Assembly (NCBI GenBank): GCA_964384115.1
Contig: CAYLJU010000007.1
Location: forward strand, 1-54,513
Direction of reading: 5' to 3'
Length of the DNA: 54,513 nucleotides
Origin: an uncultured Muribaculaceae bacterium
GTDB lineage: Bacteria > Bacillota_I > Bacilli_A > RF39 > UBA660
Under the pieces are notes generated by a model. That model searched no databases. It was not told the origin of the DNA and worked only from the letters and a program-made list of their open reading frames with translations. This document shows, one piece after another, positions 22,512-30,517 of the stretch (position 1 is its first letter; each line of letters begins with the position of its first letter). Both the position numbers and the translations under genes were made by a program.

Positions 22512-22795
22512 TTAAATAATTTACTAAAAACGCTTTCTTCTTTTTCTTTTTTATTAATAGTATCTTTATAACTAAAACTATTTACTTTTCCTTTAATAGA
22601 AACATTTCCCTGATAAGTATCTAACTTAATTATTTCCAAATCAGTACCTTTAATATTAATAAAACCCATATTAGTTTCAAGAAGAAACTCTTCATTATCA
22701 AAGTTTTCAATTTTTTTTACACCAGTAATAACAATATTTTTTCTCTCATTAATCGTTACACTATGTCCACTTATTGTATCTATTACTTTATCCAT
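22508..22795 (-). CDS. yabP: Sporulation protein YabP
   Basis: HSVTINERKNIVITGVKKIENFDNEEFLLETNMGFINIKGTDLEIIKLD matches the YabP family pattern. Confidence 0.85.
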   Translation of the reverse strand: MDKVIDTISGHSVTINERKNIVITGVKKIENFDNEEFLLETNMGFINIKGTDLEIIKLDTYQGNVSIKGKVNSFSYKDTINKKEKEESVFSKLFK

Positions 22796-22839
22796 AATAT
22801 CCTCCTAGATAATAATATGAATAAATAAAAAAAAAAGAC

Positions 22840-23472
22840 CTATAATTCTAGATCTTCTTGTTTAGTTCTTAATAAAGAATACATTACTTTCAAAGCAATT
22901 AATACTGCAAGTACAGAAACAAGTCCAATTGGTGATTGTACAAAAAGAATTGCACGTCCTAAATAAGGAATATGAAAAATTGTTTTACCAACAGCTTGCG
23001 ATTTTTTTATTGGAGCATCATTTGTATTATTAGCGTCTCCTCGCGTAACAAAAGTTGTATCCGATTCTTCAACAATCCTATGAGTTACTAAAACTCCACC
23101 ATCACGATATGTTAATATATCACCAACATTATAATCTGATTCTTCATGAATTACAATTACTTCACCTGTCATAATAGTAGGTTCCATACTTCCACTTAAA
23201 ACAATAAGAGCACTATAACCAGCTACCATAGGTACATCGACTTTAAGAATCATTTTAACTATAATTGCATACCAACAAGCAATAATTACAATAATTGTAA
23301 AAATTGAAACAATAACATCACGAACCTTTTGTAAGCCCGTTTTCTTAACTTTTTCCTTTTTCTTTTTATCTTCTTTAAATAATTCCTCTATCTTATCTTC
23401 TCTTTCAAAATTATCAATTACTGGTTCAATTTTCTGTGTTTTTGACAATCTACTTTTACCCATATTACTCAC
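22840..23472 (-). CDS. sipW: Signal peptidase I, SipW (ER/archaeal S26B) type
   Basis: TM helix followed by LSGSMEPT (catalytic Ser) and VTHRIV (catalytic His in place of Lys), which marks SipW-type enzymes. There is a C-terminal TM helix. It lies downstream of TasA-like genes. Confidence 0.85.
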   Translation of the reverse strand: MSNMGKSRLSKTQKIEPVIDNFEREDKIEELFKEDKKKKEKVKKTGLQKVRDVIVSIFTIIVIIACWYAIIVKMILKVDVPMVAGYSALIVLSGSMEPTIMTGEVIVIHEESDYNVGDILTYRDGGVLVTHRIVEESDTTFVTRGDANNTNDAPIKKSQAVGKTIFHIPYLGRAILFVQSPIGLVSVLAVLIALKVMYSLLRTKQEDLEL

Positions 23473-25528
23473 CCTTTGCTGTTACATTTATAGCAATTGT
23501 ATAAGTTGCTAAATCCAATTCTCCAATTGAAGTATCATTTGAACTATCTTTCCAAAACCATTCCAAAACATAATTATCAACTTTATTAGAATCCAAACTC
23601 ATCTCATTAAATTTAATATCAGATGCTTTTTTCCAACCTGTTATATACAAATTATTTCTTTTAATTCTATACAATAAATTAATATTATACAAATTACTTT
23701 CATCATAAGAAATATTATATTTTATAGTATTTTTAGTTGTATTTTTAACAGAAAAACTGTATTCACCATAAGATCTAGGCGCGATTATTTGAATCCTATC
23801 ATCTGTACTAATACAATTTTTTTCACAAACACCTTGATTATTATAGCAATTAATATCACAAATACCATCGCCATCTAAATCAATATTCTTCTCTGGCCAT
23901 CCATCGTCATCAATATCACAATTCATTTTACAAACACCAGAATTTGAAGTTTGATTCATAGGATTTTCATCAGGCTTATTATCGCCATTTTTATCGATAT
24001 TAAAGTGTGGCGTCAAATCATCATTATAATCTATATTAATATCTGGTTTACCATCACCATCAATATCACAATTAACATTACATTTTCCATCGCCATCAGT
24101 ATCGACATTTAAATCACTCTTACCATCACCATTTGTATCGCAATTTAATTTACACTTTCCATCTGGAGTAATACAATTATAATCACAAATATCATCATCA
24201 TTCCAATCAATATTTGTATTTGGCCATCCATCATTATCAGTATCGCAATTTAAATCACATTTACCATCATTGTCAATGTCTCGATCTTTAGTATTAGTAA
24301 TATTACCATAATTATCTTCAACATTAAAGTGTGGTGTTTTATCACCTTCATAATCAATATTAGTATCTGGCTTTCCATCACCATTTTTATCACAATTTAA
24401 ATTACATTTTCCATTATTATCAGTATCACAATTTAAATCACATTTACCATCATGATTAGTATCACAATTCAAATTACACTTACCATCACCATTAGTATCA
24501 CAATTTAAATCACATTTACCATCATCATCAGTATCACAATTTAAATCACAAAATCCGTCATTATTAGTATCACAATTTAATGTACATTTATCTCCCCTAG
24601 TGTAACAATTATATTCACACTTTGTATCATTATTAATATCAATATTTTTTTCTGGCCATCCATCACCATTAGTATCGCAATTCAAAAGGCAATAATCATT
24701 ATCCATTTGATTCATCAAATTTTCATCTGGAATACCATTATTATCATTATCAATATTAAAGTGTGGCGCTCTATCGCCTTCATAATCAATATTAGTATCT
24801 GGCTTTCCATCTTTATTAATATCACAATTTAAATCACAAATTCCATCATTATTTATATCAACACTAATATCTGGCCATCCATCACCATCTACATCACAAT
24901 TTTTAATACACTTACCATTTTCATCTACTTGATTAACATTATTGACATCACCAATTTGATCATTATTATTATCAACACTAAAATGTGGTTTTAAATCACC
25001 TTTCCAGTCAATATTATAATCTGGTATACCATCATCATTTATATCACAATTTATATCACAAATACCATCATTATTTAAATCAACGTTAATATTATAATAC
25101 AAATCAATATATTTTTGATTATTCTTAGCACTTTCAAATATTTTAATATTTTGACCAATTTCCCATTCATTACCATTACCTTCGATAACAAATAAGTTAT
25201 TATTTTTATTATTTTTATTCAAAAAATCGAACCAGTTATTCTTAAGGCCAACAAAAATCAAAGCAATTATACCACCAAATATTATTAAGCCAAAGAAAAT
25301 CCATAAAATAATTGGTTTCTTTTTTTTGTATATTGCTGTTACAACCAAATCTTTACTTACATTTGTAAAATCGACATCCCACTTCGAAAATTTATATCCA
25401 TCATGTTCCAAAGGTTCAGGTGCTTTAGCAGAGGATCCTTCATAAACAATCTCTTTTTTTATAATTTCATCAGTAACCTCATCTTTAAACACAACAGTAA
25501 ATTCTTTTAGTTCAACTATATCTTCCAT
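23465..25528 (-). CDS. Membrane-anchored Cys/Asp-rich calcium-binding-repeat protein with a C-terminal TasA-like domain
   Basis: Residues 1-70 resemble a Listeria-Bacteroides (Flg_new) repeat (EHDGYKFSKWDVDF...VVTAIYKKKK). A TM helix spans about residues 72-95. Residues ~148-575 are dozens of DxNxDGxxD/CDxNCD units. The last ~105 aa (IIAPRSYGEYSFSVKN...YVLEWFWKD) align with the two upstream TasA-like proteins. Confidence 0.7.
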   Translation of the reverse strand: MEDIVELKEFTVVFKDEVTDEIIKKEIVYEGSSAKAPEPLEHDGYKFSKWDVDFTNVSKDLVVTAIYKKKKPIILWIFFGLIIFGGIIALIFVGLKNNWFDFLNKNNKNNNLFVIEGNGNEWEIGQNIKIFESAKNNQKYIDLYYNINVDLNNDGICDINCDINDDGIPDYNIDWKGDLKPHFSVDNNNDQIGDVNNVNQVDENGKCIKNCDVDGDGWPDISVDINNDGICDLNCDINKDGKPDTNIDYEGDRAPHFNIDNDNNGIPDENLMNQMDNDYCLLNCDTNGDGWPEKNIDINNDTKCEYNCYTRGDKCTLNCDTNNDGFCDLNCDTDDDGKCDLNCDTNGDGKCNLNCDTNHDGKCDLNCDTDNNGKCNLNCDKNGDGKPDTNIDYEGDKTPHFNVEDNYGNITNTKDRDIDNDGKCDLNCDTDNDGWPNTNIDWNDDDICDYNCITPDGKCKLNCDTNGDGKSDLNVDTDGDGKCNVNCDIDGDGKPDINIDYNDDLTPHFNIDKNGDNKPDENPMNQTSNSGVCKMNCDIDDDGWPEKNIDLDGDGICDINCYNNQGVCEKNCISTDDRIQIIAPRSYGEYSFSVKNTTKNTIKYNISYDESNLYNINLLYRIKRNNLYITGWKKASDIKFNEMSLDSNKVDNYVLEWFWKDSSNDTSIGELDLATYTIAINVTAKGE
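24374..24586. repeat. Near-perfect 36-nt (12-aa) coding tandem repeats, NCDT(N/D)xDGKC(D/N)L, about six copies
   Basis: The DNA unit GTATCACAATTTAAATCACATTTACCATCATC and close variants are visibly iterated. They encode residues 315-385 of the 687-aa protein. Confidence 0.8.
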
Positions 25529-25618
25529 AATATCACTCTCCTATACAAATTTAGTCCTCATTAAAAAGCACTTTTATAAGTACTCTTTAATGAGGATTAA
25601 ACCTCATTGACACACAAA

Positions 25619-26260
25619 TTAAGCAGTAGGTTTTACTTGTTTCAATGTTGCAGAGAAATCTAATTTGATTGTTTTGCCAGCAATTAAATTATCTACATTT
25701 ACAGTAGCGCCATCTTTTTCAGTTGTTTGATCTGAACTAATCCATTTCCAATAAACAGTAACTTCATATGTACCTACTGCATCAACATTACCAGTTAAAT
25801 CAGCCAAAGCCAAATCACTATTAGCGCTAGTTTCTAAAATGTTAATTTCATTTGCATAACCTGCATCTTTATAAAATCTAATTTGATTTTGAGTTTGATT
25901 TAAAGCAGTATAGGCAGCATCATTGTCACCAGTACCAACACGAGCTTTATATAAATCAATAGCTACAGTAGCAGGAACATCACTATTATTTTCAAGTTTA
26001 ATAGTAAAATTACCAGAATCACCAGGAGCTATATCATTACCTCCATTAATTGCAAGTGTTTTGTTAGCAACTGCTGTACCGTCAGTAAAAGTAGAATCAT
26101 CTCCAAATTTTACTTGCCATGAACTAATTATTCCTTTGTGACCAGTACTATCAACAGTAGAACTAAATCCAGCATATATAGCAGTTCCAACACCAGCTAA
26201 TGCTAAAATAGCGCAAACAACTGCTAAAACTTTCATTTGGTTTTTTTTCATATTTTTCAT
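25619..26260 (-). CDS. TasA/camelysin/BsaA-like SipW-dependent secreted fibre subunit
   Basis: Long signal peptide ending in GTAIYAGFSSTVDS (SipW-cognate type), then the DIAPGDSGNFTIKLENNS motif (PGD..F.v.N) and the C-terminal VTVYWKW motif shared with its neighbours. Confidence 0.65.
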   Translation of the reverse strand: MKNMKKNQMKVLAVVCAILALAGVGTAIYAGFSSTVDSTGHKGIISSWQVKFGDDSTFTDGTAVANKTLAINGGNDIAPGDSGNFTIKLENNSDVPATVAIDLYKARVGTGDNDAAYTALNQTQNQIRFYKDAGYANEINILETSANSDLALADLTGNVDAVGTYEVTVYWKWISSDQTTEKDGATVNVDNLIAGKTIKLDFSATLKQVKPTA

Positions 26261-26344
26261 TTTTCTTTTTCCTTCCTATTATTTAACATTTAAATATTTA
26301 AATATATGTAAAGATTTAATAGTGTCCTTTTAAATCTTAACACC

Positions 26345-26872
26345 TTAAGCGATTTGAGAACCAACGACAACTATATCAAATGATAAAATTGAATCTTGAT
26401 AAATATTATCATTACCATCACCATTATAATCCCATTTCCAATAGATTGTAACAACCTTGACCATATTATCTCCAAACTTAATTACATCACTAATAGTCTC
26501 TTTATCTAATTCAATTTTTTTCGTATAATTACTATCTAGATAAAAATTCAAATTGTCAGGTTTTCCTTTCAGATTTTTGAATGTTATCTTATAATTAACA
26601 TCCGTATCAGTCCCAGTAGCATCCAATCTTATACCAAATGAGCCATATGACCCAGGCATAATTTTGCCGTCTTGAGTATTACTAGCGTTTGTCGCCAAAT
26701 TAATTGCAAATGTACTAGATGAGCCATTAACAGTAAAATTCCAATTTGCAATCGCACCCATCGACTTTCCCCTTGGACTAGACTTATAGAGTGAGTAAGA
26801 AGCACCAGCTATTCCAAATAAGCAAAGTAACATACCAAGTAAAATAAATAGAATTATATTTTTTTCTTTCAT
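26345..26872 (-). CDS. TasA/camelysin/BsaA-like SipW-dependent secreted fibre subunit (paralogue)
   Basis: Signal peptide ...GIAGASYSLYKSS, then KIMPGSYGSFGIRLDATG and TIYWKWDYNGDG. The start is the ATG at 26872, after GAGAGGAG. Confidence 0.65.
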   Translation of the reverse strand: MKEKNIILFILLGMLLCLFGIAGASYSLYKSSPRGKSMGAIANWNFTVNGSSSTFAINLATNASNTQDGKIMPGSYGSFGIRLDATGTDTDVNYKITFKNLKGKPDNLNFYLDSNYTKKIELDKETISDVIKFGDNMVKVVTIYWKWDYNGDGNDNIYQDSILSFDIVVVGSQIA

Positions 26873-26902
26873 ATTCACTCCTCTCACTACCCTACTATAA
26901 TA

Positions 26903-26931
26903 ATTTTAAACTATATAACAAAATTTGTCAA
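26903..26931 (-). promoter_or_regulatory. Sigma-A type promoter of the TasA-like/SipW operon (TTGACA-17-TAAAAT)
   Basis: On the minus strand, TTGACA lies at 26926-26931, followed by a 17-nt spacer and TAAAAT at 26903-26908. Confidence 0.5.
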
Positions 26932-27070
26932 TTATTCTTTTCAAGTTTTACGTTTTTAGTTTTTCCATTTTTTTCATTTATATAATAAAATATAACAAAT
27001 ACTAAAAAACAATTTAATAATTTTTTATTAATAAAATTTTATATCACCATAAAACAAATCATTAAATTCT

Positions 27071-27099
27071 TTGCACCACCATAAGTTTTATGATATACT
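27071..27099 (+). promoter_or_regulatory. Sigma-A type promoter of the rnfC-like gene (TTGCAC-17-TATACT, TG-extended)
   Basis: TTGCAC at 27071-27076, a 17-nt spacer ending in TGA, and TATACT at 27094-27099. Confidence 0.5.
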
Positions 27100-27108
27100 A
27101 TTCATAGG

Positions 27109-28290
27109 ATGATGATTATGTATAACTATAAAAAAATGTCTTATGGACCATTAAACTTTTTTTTAAAACCTGAATATGTTTATATTCCACTAATAATTGC
27201 TGGTAGCGAAAATATAACTCTGCTAGTAAAAAAAGGTGACTATGTATATAAAGGAACAACTATAGCCCGTAAAAGAGATGAAAGTAAACTAAATATTTTT
27301 TCTAGTGTATCAGGAATAGTTGAAGATATAAGTACTCAAAAATATCATACTGGTCAAACTATAAAATGCATAAAAATTAAAAATGACTTTAAAGAATGCT
27401 ATGAGACAAAACGTAATGAAAATAAAGATTTTTCATTAAAAAAAGAAGAATTTATTGAAATTTTAAAAAAGCATTCAATAATTGAAAACAACAAAATAGT
27501 ATATAAATTATTTGAAGAAAACAAAAGATATAAAAATATTATTATCAATGCAAAAGAAAATGATCCATATATCACTTCGTCAAGCATTTTAATAAAAATG
27601 CATCCAGATGAAATACTAGATACACTAGATGCAATATTAAAAATAACAGGTTCTGAAGAATGCATAGTCTTATTAGATGAAAATGACACCCAAAGCATTA
27701 ATGCTCTATCAGATTATATAGGAACATATGATAGAATAAAAATTGAATTTAATTATAAAGAAGAAAATAATCTTACAATAAATGTAGCAACCATATACGC
27801 AATATATGAAGCAATAAGATATGACATTCCATTCATTCAAAAAGTAATTACCATAAGTGGTGATGGTTTTAAAAATCCTCAAAATATATTAATAAAAAAC
27901 GGAACAAATGCTCACGAATTAATCGAATCAATAGGAGGATATAAAAGATTTAATTATAAAAACATGTTTTTAGTATCAGGAGATGCTCTAAAAGGAAAAT
28001 CAATGCCAAACGATAATTTTATTATTGGTCTTGAATCTTCTGGTATCCTAGCAATAAAATCATTTGAAGATTTAGAAGAAAAACCATGTATAAGATGTGG
28101 AAAATGCATAAATATATGCCCCCAAGGATTAAATCCACTAATGATAATTCATTCAAACAATAAAAAATTAAATGTCCAAAAATGTAATGAATGTGGCCTA
28201 TGCTCCTATATATGTCCATCCCGAAGAAAAATTAGAGATAAAATTATAAAAGCAAAGGAGTACCAAAATGAAAGAATTCAAAGAATATAG
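27109..28290 (+). CDS. RnfC-like iron-sulfur protein (degenerate nucleotide-binding region)
   Basis: Has an RnfC_N-type barrel (LLVKKGDYVYKGTTIA...IFSSVSGIVEDI) and two 4Fe-4S ferredoxin motifs (CIRCGKCINICP, CNECGLCSYICP). The canonical GGAGFP glycine motif and ECEP are replaced (ENNKIVYKLF, ENDP). The start may be the ATG at 27118. Confidence 0.6.
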   Translation: MMIMYNYKKMSYGPLNFFLKPEYVYIPLIIAGSENITLLVKKGDYVYKGTTIARKRDESKLNIFSSVSGIVEDISTQKYHTGQTIKCIKIKNDFKECYETKRNENKDFSLKKEEFIEILKKHSIIENNKIVYKLFEENKRYKNIIINAKENDPYITSSSILIKMHPDEILDTLDAILKITGSEECIVLLDENDTQSINALSDYIGTYDRIKIEFNYKEENNLTINVATIYAIYEAIRYDIPFIQKVITISGDGFKNPQNILIKNGTNAHELIESIGGYKRFNYKNMFLVSGDALKGKSMPNDNFIIGLESSGILAIKSFEDLEEKPCIRCGKCINICPQGLNPLMIIHSNNKKLNVQKCNECGLCSYICPSRRKIRDKIIKAKEYQNERIQRI

Positions 28291-29272
28291 TGGACCTTTT
28301 ATACATAGTAAAGAAACCTACAAAAAAATAATGTTTAGCTATATCATTGTTTTTTTACCATTTGTAATATATGCATTATATGTTAATGGATTATTAAAAT
28401 ATAACGAAACAAAAGAAATAACAACTATTTTAAAACCATTAATATTTATATTATTACCAACAATAACCATTTTAATATTAGAAATAATATACAAACTAAT
28501 ATTTATAAAAAATAAATCATTAAAAGATCATATAAAACAAAATTTTTCAATATTTGGAATACTATATTTTCCACTCTTACTAAACATTGAAACCCCAATA
28601 TATATAATATTAATATCAACCATATTAGGATATATACTATATAAATTATTATTTAAAAAATGGTATAGTTTAACAATATTATCATATGTATCATATCTTA
28701 TATTAACATTTATATTAAGCAAATTAAATATAACAACATTCATTGAAATATTAAATATAAAAAATATAAACTACAATTATTTAGTAATAAGTAACGGCGG
28801 CTATATTAACCTTTTATTGAAAGGATCAGCACTAATGTGTCCCCTACTATCAATTTTATCATTCATCTATTTATGCATAAAAAAAGATATAAAATACCAA
28901 ATAACAATAAGTGCATTCATAACAATATTATTATCAACATTAATAATAAGTATAATAAATAAAAGCCCATGGTTTCCATTTTATTTTATTTTAACAGGAG
29001 GAACATTATTTATAATAACCATACTAGCAAATGATTTTTATAGTCCCGCAACTAAAGGTGGTCAAATAATATATGGTGTATTTATAGGAATTACAATTGT
29101 AATGCTAAGATTTATATCAAGCTATAATATCGCACCATTTAGCATCTTTATAGCCCAAACATTTACCTTTACATTTGATTATATAAATGAATTCATAAAT
29201 AAAAAAATAATATACATAATACTATTAATAATAGTTTTAATAACATCATTAACAATAGGAATTATAATATAG
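28268..29272 (+). CDS. RnfD/NqrB-like polytopic membrane protein (degenerate)
   Basis: N-terminal SGPFIHSKE resembles the RnfD SSPH motif. The C-terminal LANDFYSPATKGGQIIYGVFIGITIVMLR resembles MATDPVTSP..G..IYG. I could not find the SGAT FMN-attachment motif. Confidence 0.55.
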   Translation: MKEFKEYSGPFIHSKETYKKIMFSYIIVFLPFVIYALYVNGLLKYNETKEITTILKPLIFILLPTITILILEIIYKLIFIKNKSLKDHIKQNFSIFGILYFPLLLNIETPIYIILISTILGYILYKLLFKKWYSLTILSYVSYLILTFILSKLNITTFIEILNIKNINYNYLVISNGGYINLLLKGSALMCPLLSILSFIYLCIKKDIKYQITISAFITILLSTLIISIINKSPWFPFYFILTGGTLFIITILANDFYSPATKGGQIIYGVFIGITIVMLRFISSYNIAPFSIFIAQTFTFTFDYINEFINKKIIYIILLIIVLITSLTIGIII

Positions 29273-29298
29273 ATACTTCCAAAAAGTATCTTTTTTTG
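29271..29298 (+). terminator. Rho-independent terminator after the rnfD-like gene
   Basis: Stem AGATACTT/AAGTATCT followed by TTTTTTT. Confidence 0.7.
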
Positions 29299-29323
29299 AT
29301 AAAATATATTTAGGAGATGACAT

Positions 29324-30193
29324 ATGGAATTAATTATAGGATCACACGTATCTTTTACAAAAGAAACACAATTAAGCGGAAGTTTAAATGAAGCACTAAG
29401 CTATAAAGCAAATACATTCATGTTTTACACAGGTGCGCCTCAAAATACAAACAGATGTAAAATAGATGATGAACTAACAAAATTTGCCCAAAAAAAAATG
29501 AAAGATAATAATATTGATATCAACAACATTATCATTCACGCACCATATATAATAAATTTAGCAAATAAAGATAATATGGATTTCAACATCAAATTTTTAC
29601 AAGAAGAAATCGAAAGAGCAACAAGTCTAAAAATAACCAAAATTGTTTTACACCCAGGAAGCCATGTTGGAAAAGGATATGAAGAAGGCATAAAAAATAT
29701 TATAGAATCATTAAACAAAATAGATTTTAAAAATGTAACAATATTACTAGAAACAATGGCTGGTAAAGGTAGTGAATGCGGAATAAATATTGATCAAATA
29801 AAAACAATTATTGATAACATTAAAAATAATGATCATATTGGCGTATGTTTAGATACATGCCACTTAAATGATTCTGGAATTGAAATAAAAGATTTTAACA
29901 AATATTTAGAAGAATTTGATCAAAAAATCGGTTTAAATAAAATCGGTTGTATCCATATAAATGATAGTAAAAATATAGTAAATTCACATAAAGATAGACA
30001 TGCTAATATAGGACTAGGAACAATTGGATTTGATAACCTTATAAATGTAATTTACAATGAAAAATTAAAAAATATTCCCAAAATATTAGAAACCCCATAT
30101 ATAGAAGGACACGCACCATACAAAGAAGAAATTGAAATGATAAGAGAAAAAAAATTCAATGATGATTTAATAAACAAAGTTATTCATAAATAA
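29324..30193 (+). CDS. nfo: Endonuclease IV (deoxyribonuclease IV)
   Basis: IGSHVS, HAPYIINLA, VLHPGSH, LETMAGKG, CLDTCH, HINDSK and LETP motifs are all present. Confidence 0.92.
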   Translation: MELIIGSHVSFTKETQLSGSLNEALSYKANTFMFYTGAPQNTNRCKIDDELTKFAQKKMKDNNIDINNIIIHAPYIINLANKDNMDFNIKFLQEEIERATSLKITKIVLHPGSHVGKGYEEGIKNIIESLNKIDFKNVTILLETMAGKGSECGINIDQIKTIIDNIKNNDHIGVCLDTCHLNDSGIEIKDFNKYLEEFDQKIGLNKIGCIHINDSKNIVNSHKDRHANIGLGTIGFDNLINVIYNEKLKNIPKILETPYIEGHAPYKEEIEMIREKKFNDDLINKVIHK

Positions 30194-30459
30194 GAACCAT
30201 ATCTATTTTTAAACTCTAAATACAATTTTTCAGCTTTACTAACCGTTTCTAAAGAAAATTTTTCTCTTAAATCAGAAAAAATATTCTCAGGATTACCATA
30301 TATAATAGTACGGTATTCCTTTTTTATTACAGAAAAAATATAAGATGTTTCATCATCAGACAAAACAATACCATTTTTTAAAGCAAAAGATTTAACATCA
30401 CATTCCTTCATATTATAAACATAATTATCAATAAGTTTTTGAATCAAATTTATCACCAT
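30184..30459 (-). CDS. Small hypothetical protein (91 aa, helical)
   Basis: A clean ORF convergent with nfo. I recognise no diagnostic motif. Confidence 0.4.
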   Translation of the reverse strand: MVINLIQKLIDNYVYNMKECDVKSFALKNGIVLSDDETSYIFSVIKKEYRTIIYGNPENIFSDLREKFSLETVSKAEKLYLEFKNRYGSYL

Positions 30460-30517
30460 TTAAATATATGCCGTATAAATTTAATAATGCCTAATAAAAT
30501 AATACTAGGAGAATTAT

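Noticed and set aside
24374-24586. Regular 36-nt repeats that could superficially resemble a CRISPR array.
   Set aside because: The repeats are contiguous with no unique spacers. They lie in frame within a long ORF and encode the NCDTxxDGKCxL unit. No cas genes are present.
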